A stretch of DNA of 64,000 bases from an uncultured Pirellulales bacterium. GTDB taxonomy: Bacteria > Planctomycetota > Phycisphaerae > Sedimentisphaerales > SM23-30. The DNA lies in assembly GCA_964580995.1 (NCBI GenBank), contig CAZOMV010000018.1, positions 55 to 64,054 of the forward strand. The letters are read 5' to 3'. Under the pieces are notes generated by a model, which was given only the letters and a program-made list of their open reading frames with translations, was not told the DNA's origin and did no database searches. The position numbers were made by a program, and so were the translations under genes. This document shows, piece by piece, positions 56,677 to 64,000 of the stretch. Each line of letters begins with the position of its first letter. The first letter of the stretch is position 1.

Positions 56677-58878
56677 TTAGCCGCGCTGCCTGATTTCTCC
56701 AATCGTGCGGGCGTATTGTTCGGTTTCCTGACGTATTTGTTTGACGAAGCTGTTGTCGTCGATGGTGCCGAGGGCGGCGGTCATTTCCTCCTGGTTGCGG
56801 TAGGTGGCCTGGCGGAAGGGATTGTCGTAATCTTTCTTTCGCGAGATATAGACCTGATCGCAGATGTATTGCTGGACGGTGAGCGAGCGGTCCAGGGCGG
56901 CCTGCCACTGGGGCAGGGAGGGTTCTTCGGTGCACAGCAGGTGGGAAAGAGTGGCCCAGGCGTGTTTTTGTTTTTCGAGCGGGTAGTTCTTCCAGAGTTT
57001 TTCGTACCGGTTATGGATATCGGTCCAGGTGGAGAGCTGGCCGGTGCGGATATCGGAGCGGAGCTGGTCCACGTCGGGGGCGGGGATGAGCTGGCCGCCG
57101 AGATTGACCCATTGCGTTTGCCGCTGATTTTTCAGGGCGGCATTCAAGTCGTGGAATTTGGTGCCGGGATGGGTTTGCAGCCAGGCTATCAGATTGTTGA
57201 CGGCATAGTAGAAGAGCATATCCTCATAGGCGTGCCAGGCCGGCTGGCATTTCTGGATGACCACCTTGCGGCGGGATTTTTCCATATTTTCGCCCAGTAC
57301 TTCCAGGGTTTTCAGTCGCGGGTCGGATTCGCGGAGGAGTTTTTCGCCGAGGCGGGTCCATTCTTCATCGTTCGGGGCCTGGATTTGCGGGTCGATGCGG
57401 CTGAGGGCCTGTGCGGTCCAGCGCTGGAGCAGTTGACGGGCGGAGAGGATTTCTTCGACGGTGTCGGGGGCCAGGAAGTCAAATTCGATGTTCTGGATTT
57501 TGTTCAGGCGTTTGTCGCGATCGGCGAATTTCCAGGAATTGCGGATGAGGGCGTACATGTTGTAAAGCCACCAGAAGGCGGGGGTTACTTCCAACTGGTC
57601 GCGGGCGGCGTTGTTGTTGAGCAGGGAGAAGGGCAGGGGGATATTCAGCTCGGCTGGGTAGTCGGCCTTGGAGAGGAGGGTGAAGGAGGCGAAGCGGCAG
57701 GAGTGTTTGACGGAAGTGCACAGGCCGGGCCAGAAGCCGCGACCGGCCTGGATTTCGTTGTCGTTGGCGCGGCTGTTGTGGTTGGAGCCGATGGTGGCGC
57801 CGGCGGCCATGTTGCTCTGGCCCAGGACCAGGGAGGCGACCAGAAAGGAATTGTTGTGGTGCTGTTCGTGGGCGGGGAAGACCAGGTTGTTCAGGATTTC
57901 GCAGCAGGAGACGGTGGAGTTGTCGCCGAGGAAGGAGTGAATGAGGCGAGCGCCGTATTTGAGGTTGGAGTTCTGGCCGAGGATGAAGCGGACGGCCTTG
58001 CAGCCGTAGAAGATGTGGCAGCCGCAGCCGATGATGCCGTTGACCAGTTCGACGCCTTCGCCGATCTGGGTGGGTTCATCGGGGGAGGAGTGGATGGTCA
58101 GGTTCTTGAGCTTGTTGGCGCCTTTGATGTAGCAGTGGGGGCCGATTTTGACGTCCTTGAGGATGCGGGAGTTTTTGATGACGCACTGATCGGCGACCAT
58201 GCCGTAGTAGCCGCGGCGGTGGTCGAAGGAATTCTGGGTAATCTGCTTGAGCTGCTCCAGGAGCGGGCGGTCGTCGCGGTATTTGGCCCAGAGATAGGCG
58301 TCGGCGGAAATCATGCCGTCAAAGGGGAGGACCTGGCGGCAGCCGGTTTCGTTCATGAGGTCCAGCCAGACGCGGACTTTTTCCGGCTCACCGTCTTTGA
58401 GGATGCCGTTGCCGAATTTGGCGTGGTTGGAGGTGTTCATTTCGTCGATGTTGGTCAGGATGCAGCGGTCGCCGATGATGTAGTAGGCCAGGTAGCGGAC
58501 GCCGTGGATGGCGACGTGGTCGCCGATGTCGCAGGAGACGATGAGGCTGTCGGTGATGCCGGTGGGGACGCGGAAGTCATGGTGTTCGAGAATCATGTTG
58601 CGGAGGCGGCCGATGCGTACCAGGCCGAAAAATTTCGAGTTTTTAATCTGGCCGGGATCGAATTCCTCGGTGACCAGAAGCTGGTCCCAGTTGTCGCAGT
58701 CGTTGCTGTTTTTCACCAGGCGCTCGACCTCGTCGGAGCGGAGCTGGCGATAGTGGTCGGCGGGGTGGGGCGACTGGGCGTTGCGAAAGTGATATTCGTC
58801 CTGGCCGGGGGGGAGAAATTCCGGGGGGATGAACTGGCGGCCGATGCTTCCGGGCGGCAAAATTACAACGTTATCCAT
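56677..58878 (-). CDS. DUF4954 family protein (left-handed beta-helix core)
   Basis: AGGAG RBS before the ATG at 58878 (MDNVVILPPG...). SDEVERLVKNSNDCDNWDQLLV N-terminus and hexapeptide-like repeats. The ORF-track 5' extension to 59388 is Arg/Pro-rich and looks non-coding. Confidence 0.7.
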   Translation of the reverse strand: MDNVVILPPGSIGRQFIPPEFLPPGQDEYHFRNAQSPHPADHYRQLRSDEVERLVKNSNDCDNWDQLLVTEEFDPGQIKNSKFFGLVRIGRLRNMILEHHDFRVPTGITDSLIVSCDIGDHVAIHGVRYLAYYIIGDRCILTNIDEMNTSNHAKFGNGILKDGEPEKVRVWLDLMNETGCRQVLPFDGMISADAYLWAKYRDDRPLLEQLKQITQNSFDHRRGYYGMVADQCVIKNSRILKDVKIGPHCYIKGANKLKNLTIHSSPDEPTQIGEGVELVNGIIGCGCHIFYGCKAVRFILGQNSNLKYGARLIHSFLGDNSTVSCCEILNNLVFPAHEQHHNNSFLVASLVLGQSNMAAGATIGSNHNSRANDNEIQAGRGFWPGLCTSVKHSCRFASFTLLSKADYPAELNIPLPFSLLNNNAARDQLEVTPAFWWLYNMYALIRNSWKFADRDKRLNKIQNIEFDFLAPDTVEEILSARQLLQRWTAQALSRIDPQIQAPNDEEWTRLGEKLLRESDPRLKTLEVLGENMEKSRRKVVIQKCQPAWHAYEDMLFYYAVNNLIAWLQTHPGTKFHDLNAALKNQRQTQWVNLGGQLIPAPDVDQLRSDIRTGQLSTWTDIHNRYEKLWKNYPLEKQKHAWATLSHLLCTEEPSLPQWQAALDRSLTVQQYICDQVYISRKKDYDNPFRQATYRNQEEMTAALGTIDDNSFVKQIRQETEQYARTIGEIRQRG

Positions 58879-59127
58879 GATCGAACTCCTACCTGCTACA
58901 AGCGGCATTTTGCAATTACGCGAACCTGAGAACGATTTTATTTGGTATGGGAATAATTTAACAGAAAAAAATGGGACTGTACATGTTAAATGGAAGCGTT
59001 TTTTGGGGTTGGGTGGGAAAGAGAAAGCCGGAGAGGGGTAAACTTTGCGGTTGATTGACGGGGAGGGAGGGCATACAATGCTGCGATTATGGTGAAAAGG
59101 TGAAAAATAGAGAAGAAGGAAGCGGCT

Positions 59128-59856
59128 GTGAGTGAAGAAACGGTAAAGATTGAGAAGCTGAGTAATGGCATGACGCTGGTGGCGGAGCCGATGCGGGAGG
59201 TGTCGTCGGGTGCGTTTGTGATTCTGGTGCCGGCGGGGGCGGCGTATGATCCGGCGGGTCGGACAGGGACGGCGGGCGTGTTGGGGGATCTGGTATTTCG
59301 GGGGGCCGGGCAGATGGACAACCGGACGCTGAATGACCGGCTGGACGGGCTGGGGTTGCATCAGAGCAGCGGGACCTCGGCGTTTCACAGTAATTTTAGC
59401 GGGTCGCTGGTGGCGGATAATCTGGAAGCGGCACTGGAGTTGTATGGGGAGATTTTGCAGCGGCCGATGCTGCTGGCGGACCAGTTTGAGTTATGCCGGG
59501 AGCTGGCGATTCAGACGCTGGATTCGCTGGAGGACGATCCGCATCAGAAGATCTCGATGCTGGTGCGGGAGCAGTATTTGCCGTATCCGGTGGGCCGGCC
59601 CGCGTTGGGCAAGCGGGCGGAGCTGCAGGAGCTGCGGGCGGGGGAGGTGAAAGAATATTACGGCCGCTGTTATGGGGCGGAGGGGACGATCCTGGCCGCG
59701 GCGGGTGAGCTGGCCGGGGGGGGGGGGAATGGGGCTTCGCCCGGGCGGGGTTTCGCGTTCGGAGGTTGCTCGACCCGGCCAGGGTGGGGACGCACTTCGA
59801 TCATGACGGGAGGGGACACTGGAAGCGGGGCGAAGGGAAATGGACGGAATGCTTGA
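59128..59856 (+). pseudogene. M16 (pitrilysin-family) peptidase, N-terminal about 195 codons only, disrupted at a G12 run
   Basis: VKIEKLSNGMTLVAEPM...GAGQMDNRTLNDRLDGLG...KEYYGRCYGAEGTILAAAGEL matches an M16 N-domain. Family-like sequence stops at 59716. About 230 expected residues are absent. Confidence 0.65.
59716..59727. repeat. G12 homopolymer
   Basis: Counted directly: tggcc + 12 G + aatgg. Sits exactly where the M16 reading frame loses family similarity. Confidence 0.9.
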
Positions 59857-60124
59857 AGGCCGGCGCGGGGTTATCCTGCAGCTTGCTCGGGAACATGGCG
59901 TGACCCGCGTGCGCGTGTTCGGATCGATGGCGCGCGGTGATGCACGGGCGGATAGCGACGTCGATCTTCTGGTCGATCTGGAGCAGGGCAGGACTTTGCT
60001 TGATCTCGGCGCGCTGCTGATGGATCTGCAGGATCTGCTACACCGAAAAGTTGACGTGCTGACCGAAGCCGCACTCCATCCGCGGATCAGAGAGCGGGTG
60101 CTTCGCGAGGCGATTCCGCTGTGA
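59840..60124 (+). CDS. nucleotidyltransferase-domain antitoxin (MntA-like)
   Basis: RVFGSMARGDARADSDVDLLVDL minimal NTase motif (GS...DxD). 94 aa. Confidence 0.8.
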   Translation: MDGMLEGRRGVILQLAREHGVTRVRVFGSMARGDARADSDVDLLVDLEQGRTLLDLGALLMDLQDLLHRKVDVLTEAALHPRIRERVLREAIPL

Positions 60125-60165
60125 AGGAGGACATCGTCTATGTCGAGCATGCCGTTTCTTGCTTG
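60121..60165 (+). pseudogene. HepT/DUF86 toxin remnant (first 10-15 codons only)
   Basis: GTGA-overlapped start reading KEDIVYVEHA resembles DUF86 N-termini (from memory). Similarity is lost immediately and a converging gene occupies the space. Confidence 0.35.
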
Positions 60166-60230
60166 CCCGCTTCAACAGACGGTTCTTCGCTCCGTGCTGA
60201 TATGCGTCAGCATCCTTCGGCAGCGAGTCC

Positions 60231-60671
60231 TCAAGTGGCGCCCGCAGCACTTCCGGTCTCGACATATGCGGCGGCGACACGCACCTTCGCACGACCGGTC
60301 AGTACCAGGGCCGTACCATCGGAAATGCAGTCTATTCCTGCCGTCACCATGTAGCTCCCTTGCAGCGCCTCGCGCCGCTCGATCTTTAACCGCACTACGA
60401 GCGCCGAACCCACCCACACGGGTTTCAGGAACCTGAGATCGAGAGAGCCGTTCTCCGACCACGCCTCGCCAAAGGTGCTTGTCAGCGCACGATGCACGAT
60501 CGCTGCCGTAATTGCGCCGTGCACCACGGGCGCCTGAAACCCCGCCGCGGCCGCCGCGCTGGCGTCATAGTGAATCGCGTTGGCGTCGTTGTTCACCTCA
60601 CCGTAGCACTTCGTCATTTCGGCGGTGATGGGCGGAAACGCGAGTTCAAATACCTGTTGTTCCGAAATCAT
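60231..60671 (-). CDS. MaoC-like (R)-hydratase, hotdog fold
   Basis: GEVNNDANAIHYDASAAAAAGFQAPVVHGAI hydratase motif. ATG at 60671. Confidence 0.7.
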   Translation of the reverse strand: MISEQQVFELAFPPITAEMTKCYGEVNNDANAIHYDASAAAAAGFQAPVVHGAITAAIVHRALTSTFGEAWSENGSLDLRFLKPVWVGSALVVRLKIERREALQGSYMVTAGIDCISDGTALVLTGRAKVRVAAAYVETGSAAGAT

Positions 60672-60762
60672 CCAGTCTCCCAGCCCGCCAACAAGACGGA
60701 TCGGCTTGCGTGTTTCCCGATTTCCGAACAGGATAAGATCAATTTCCGCATTTGAAGTGGTG

Positions 60763-61176
60763 ATGCCGCCCGTGGGCGAAGAATACATCTTCGAGAATCT
60801 TGTCCGGGGCCAGCCCCTGAAGCCGGTGCTGCACGAGCTGTCGGCCGAGTTTGTCGAACGCTACCGGTATGCGATCGGTGAACCTCCGTCGGCGCTGGCG
60901 AGCGCGGACGCGGTTCCGTCGGGAATCGCCACGCTCCTGTCGACAGCGGTTTTCCGTGCAGGGACCGCAGGCCGCATCGGAGACCTGCACGTCCGGCACG
61001 AATACGAGCAATTTTCTCCGCTGCACGTCGGACAACGCACGCTCACCACCGGCTATCTGAGCGACAAGTACTTGCGAGGCGCGCGAAGGTTCGTTGTCTA
61101 CGATACTCTGACGGCCGACGCGGAAAGCGGATTGGTCCACGTACGCTGCAGAGTCACCTTGGCAGTAACCCGTTGA
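60763..61176 (+). CDS. MaoC_dehydrat_N-like hotdog-fold protein
   Basis: 137 aa. ERYRYAIGEP...HVRHEYEQFSPLHVGQ pattern of N-type hotdog subunits. Divergent from 60231-60671. Confidence 0.55.
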   Translation: MPPVGEEYIFENLVRGQPLKPVLHELSAEFVERYRYAIGEPPSALASADAVPSGIATLLSTAVFRAGTAGRIGDLHVRHEYEQFSPLHVGQRTLTTGYLSDKYLRGARRFVVYDTLTADAESGLVHVRCRVTLAVTR

Positions 61177-61209
61177 GTTCGCCGCACTGACATTTCCCGG
61201 AGGATACCC

Positions 61210-62199
61210 ATGACCACAGCCGCTTTCAGAACCATTGCGCGCTACTTGCTCGCAGCCGGATTCCTCGCCTGCGCCTTGCCGGTTGCCTCGCAGACCGGTG
61301 ATTGGCCGGGCAGGCCGATCAAGTTCATGGTGCCTTTCCCACCGGGCGGCACGATTGATCCGCTCGCCCGCCTGATCGCGCAACGGCTGACGCAGGACCG
61401 GGGCTGGACTGTCGTGGTCGAAAATCGCGCCGGGGCGAGCGGTTCGGTCGGTACTGGAATCGCAGCCAAGGCGCCTGCCGACGGCTATACCTTCGTCCTG
61501 GTCTTCGACACACACGCTGTCAATCCGAGCCTGATTCCCTCGCTGCCGTTCGATACGCAAAAGGACCTGGACCCGGTGATGGTGATCGGGACATCCGCGA
61601 TGGTGCTCTCGACCCATGAGTCGCGCCCGTTCCGCACCATAGACGATGTTCTCTCCGCGGTAAGAAGCAAGCCGGATTCGGTCATATACGGAACCATAGG
61701 CAACGGCAGCCTTGCTCATCTGACCATGAAGCAGCTCGAGCCGCTGGGCCATTTCAGCGTGACCCATGTGCCCTACAAGGGCGGCGGCCCGCTGCTGCTG
61801 GATGCGGTGGCCGGAAGGCTGGATACGTTCATGACGTCGATTGCGGCGCAGATTCCCCATATCAAGTCCGGCAGGATGCGCCCCCTGGCTGTTACGGGCG
61901 ACAAACGCGCCAAGCAACTTCCCGACGTGCCGACGCTTGCGGAGAAAGGCTTTCCCGGCTTCTCCTCCAAGACCTGGTGGGGATTTCTCGCGCCGGCGCG
62001 CACACCCCGGCCGATTGTCGATGCCATGCACCGCGAGATTCGCCGCATCCTCGAAGATCCCGCGGTCAAGGCGCAGCTCGAAGAGCAGCTTGCGATGGAG
62101 ATCTGGGCGAGCTCGCCTGATGAGATGAGAACCTTCGTAAGCAGCGAGATCGAACGTTGGGCCAAGGTGATCAAGGAGAACAACATCAAGTCGGATTGA
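61210..62199 (+). CDS. Bug/TctC-family tripartite tricarboxylate transporter substrate-binding protein
   Basis: [29 protein letters not shown] after a signal peptide. PYKGGGP motif. Confidence 0.85.
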   Translation: MTTAAFRTIARYLLAAGFLACALPVASQTGDWPGRPIKFMVPFPPGGTIDPLARLIAQRLTQDRGWTVVVENRAGASGSVGTGIAAKAPADGYTFVLVFDTHAVNPSLIPSLPFDTQKDLDPVMVIGTSAMVLSTHESRPFRTIDDVLSAVRSKPDSVIYGTIGNGSLAHLTMKQLEPLGHFSVTHVPYKGGGPLLLDAVAGRLDTFMTSIAAQIPHIKSGRMRPLAVTGDKRAKQLPDVPTLAEKGFPGFSSKTWWGFLAPARTPRPIVDAMHREIRRILEDPAVKAQLEEQLAMEIWASSPDEMRTFVSSEIERWAKVIKENNIKSD

Positions 62200-62374
62200 G
62201 GAGAGGATTCGAAAGCGAACACAATCCGGATTGCGCGTCGCTGCAATCGCCTGATTGCGCCGCGCCTGCGCGCCTTTCTGCATTTGGACTCGAATTGATT
62301 TTCCTGTCCCTCTCGGCAAACCCGCGCACATGGAGGTCGATGCCGCCGCAAACGAGCTTTACATCGCCGACGCC

Positions 62375-62524
62375 TACGGCGTTGGTGCCTTCGTGCGGCA
62401 GGAAATAGCCGACCAGATGCCCGCCCCACGCGGGGATGATGCAGCCCCAGTTCTGCGCGTACTCCTTGAATTCATCGCGCTGGAACGGATCGATCTCGTA
62501 TCGGATGAAGCAGGTGATCGTCAT
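62375..62524 (-). pseudogene. NIPSNAP-like gene, 5' fragment of about 50 codons
   Basis: [48 protein letters not shown] is family-like. No frame continues with the expected C-half. The opposite strand from about 62290 reads like a beta-propeller fragment ([14 protein letters not shown]). Confidence 0.45.
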
Positions 62525-62613
62525 TGGTCTTCTCCTCATGGCCGGCGCTTACGATAGCCCGTTGGCGCGCATCGATGCTACGTCTGAGATCGAACGATCA
62601 GAGGGGGCTCGCA

Positions 62614-62864
62614 ATGACGAAGCAGTTCGCTGGCAAAGTTGCACTGGTGACCGGCGGCGGTGCGGGCATCGGCCGCGCCAGCGCGCTCACGTCTGCCCGC
62701 GAAGGCGCGCAAGTTGTCGTGTCCGATCGCAACGCGCAGGACGCTGAACGGACGGCGCACGAGATCGAAGCCCTGGGGAGCCGTGCTCTGCTTGTGTTCG
62801 GATGCGTCCTCGTTTGTTACCGGGCCACACCCTGGCGGTGGACGGCGGTTTTCTCGCGCAATAG
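62614..62864 (+). pseudogene. short-chain dehydrogenase (SDR) with a large internal deletion and a frameshift
   Basis: N-terminus GKVALVTGGGAGIGRA...VVVSDRN... (about 60 aa) is joined directly to the C-terminal LCSDASSFVTG (other frame) and GHTLAVDGGFLAQ* (third frame). About 170 codons are missing. Confidence 0.65.
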
Positions 62865-62987
62865 GGGCAATCGCCCCGCGGAGATAGAATCAGGCATCGG
62901 GGAGGATACGGACATGCTCAATACCATCGATTTGCGCAAGCACTTCTTCGGCGTCCTGCTGGTGCGCGGCTGCTTCTAGCGCGCTCG

Positions 62988-63707
62988 ATGGATCCAGGCT
63001 ACGGATCCTTTGGATTTGTCGTGGGAACGGCGCTCGTCGTCGTTCTCGCGGTAGCGTTCCGGATCGTTTTCGACCGTTATCAGCGGCGCAAGGACATGCC
63101 GCAAGGCCAGGCGCAGGAAACCGGCGCGGGCGTACCTGAAGCGCTGACCGGCGCGGATGAGCCTGCGGGAAAGCAACCGCTCTTCGCGCTGCGCCTGTTG
63201 ACGGCCATGCTGGCCGTCGCGGGATGCGCGGGCCTCTTTGCGGCCAACACGCCGCTCGGCGGGTGGCTGCCGTTTTGCCTCGTGATGCTTCCCGTGGCGG
63301 CGGTGCTGTGCGGCGCGATACTCATATCGGCTTACCGCGCCCTGAAGGGCACTCCCGCGGCCGCAGGCGGATTCATCGAGATGACCGCATACGCCCCGGT
63401 GCTGGCGTTCTCGCTGTTCGGAGTTCTGACCTACGCAAACGAGAGGTTCGATCCGAGCGACGCCCAGACGCACGACGCCCTCCTCACCAAGCGCCATCTG
63501 TACGAATGGGGCGGCCGCAAGCCCATCACCCCCCGCGAACCCCGCTACCTGCTGGTGTTCGAATCCTGGCGTAGTTGGTACCACGAGGAAGTGACCGTGC
63601 CGTTTCAGACCTACCACGTCGCCCGAGAAGGGCAGATCTGGCGCCTGCGCGTGCGCCGCGGCCTGCTCGGCTACGCCTGGGTCGAATCGATGCAGCCGCA
63701 TCGCTGA
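62988..63707 (+). CDS. hypothetical membrane protein (239 aa)
   Basis: 4 predicted TM helices. High-GC codon bias consistent with its neighbours. No family recognised. Confidence 0.5.
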   Translation: MDPGYGSFGFVVGTALVVVLAVAFRIVFDRYQRRKDMPQGQAQETGAGVPEALTGADEPAGKQPLFALRLLTAMLAVAGCAGLFAANTPLGGWLPFCLVMLPVAAVLCGAILISAYRALKGTPAAAGGFIEMTAYAPVLAFSLFGVLTYANERFDPSDAQTHDALLTKRHLYEWGGRKPITPREPRYLLVFESWRSWYHEEVTVPFQTYHVAREGQIWRLRVRRGLLGYAWVESMQPHR

Positions 63708-64000
63708 CCGGTCGAGCCGACCCGATGACCCCAAGCGTTTCGTCGGCTCTGGTTGTGCTGCTTGCAGTGGCCGTGATCGGCGTAGCGGTCTCATTGCCTC
63801 ATCCTAGTTCGCCGGCTGTTCCCTAAGACCAGGGCGGAGCGCGAGGTCGCGGCGCAGGCGCGGCAGGTGGCGGAGCAGGTGCACGAAGCGTTGGGCGTAT
63901 TCGAGCGCGCCGGCCTGCGGATCGGCGACCGATCGATGTCCGGGCACCTGGTTTCGGGCGAGCATGCCGGCCTGCACTTCGAATATCGCTGGAACCCGGC

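Noticed and set aside
58879-59388. 5' extension of the track ORF 56677-59388.
   Set aside because: It is Arg/His/Pro-rich nonsense running through the intergenic region and antisense to the M16 gene. An AGGAG RBS and a family-like N-terminus begin at 58878.
63708-64000. Open-ended plus-strand reading at the window edge (..AEREVAAQARQVAEQVHEALGVFERAGLRIGDRSMSGHLVSGEHAGLHFEYRWNP).
   Set aside because: It has no start or stop within the window and no recognisable family, so it is too short to call.

Overview
Called by eye from the sequence and ORF track only (no searches; family names come from motif recognition). The window reads like a chromosomal segment of a PVC-type bacterium, Planctomycetota/Phycisphaerae-like. 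That assignment is inference from Tat-signal NIPSNAP, DUF1080, a PEP-CTERM-like tail, many glycoside hydrolases and short word repeats around a four-helix-bundle gene.

Layout:
- 0.4-10.8 kb: an 11-gene complex I operon, nuoABCDHIJKLMN, with no nuoEFG.
- 10.8-14.6 kb: a DedA protein and a secreted GH36-like hydrolase.
- 14.6-16.2 kb: an AT-rich two-gene insert of unknown function.
- 16.2-20.7 kb: a methionine/B12 neighbourhood (stand-alone homocysteine methyltransferase domain, BtuFCD-like importer, mtnP).
- 20.9-27.8 kb: housekeeping genes (doxX, ispA, dxs, nadK, ubiX).
- 27.8-38 kb: a glycan-use cluster (DUF1080, SSS symporter, GH1, NIPSNAP, secreted unknowns), tRNA-Pro(GGG) and a Zn-ADH.
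- 39.9-41.3 kb: rpmA-obg.
- 41.3-47.5 kb: the most unusual region. An AT-rich island (about 40% GC by hand count, against about 67% in flanking lines) carries a 1221-aa orphan all-helical protein followed directly by an Avd/23S-IVS-type four-helix-bundle protein. It is bracketed by about 1 kb and about 0.5 kb of non-coding DNA made of short tandem word repeats, two copies of a 63-nt repeat, and a duplicated promoter-like segment. No integrase, transposase or reverse transcriptase is visible.
- 47.5-59.1 kb: a second GH36-like paralog, a GH-A-like hydrolase coupled to tspO, marC, a papain-like peptidase fused to a DUF2961/GH172-like domain, HU, and a SIS + DUF4954 pair.
- From about 59.7 kb: a G12 run ends a truncated M16 peptidase gene. 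The remaining 4 kb is a mosaic of intact and fragmentary proteobacteria-style genes (MNT with a broken HepT, two hotdog genes, Bug/TctC, a NIPSNAP fragment, an SDR with an internal deletion). This is either a mis-join or a decayed foreign insert.

No rRNA, CRISPR array or recognisable mobile-element gene was seen.
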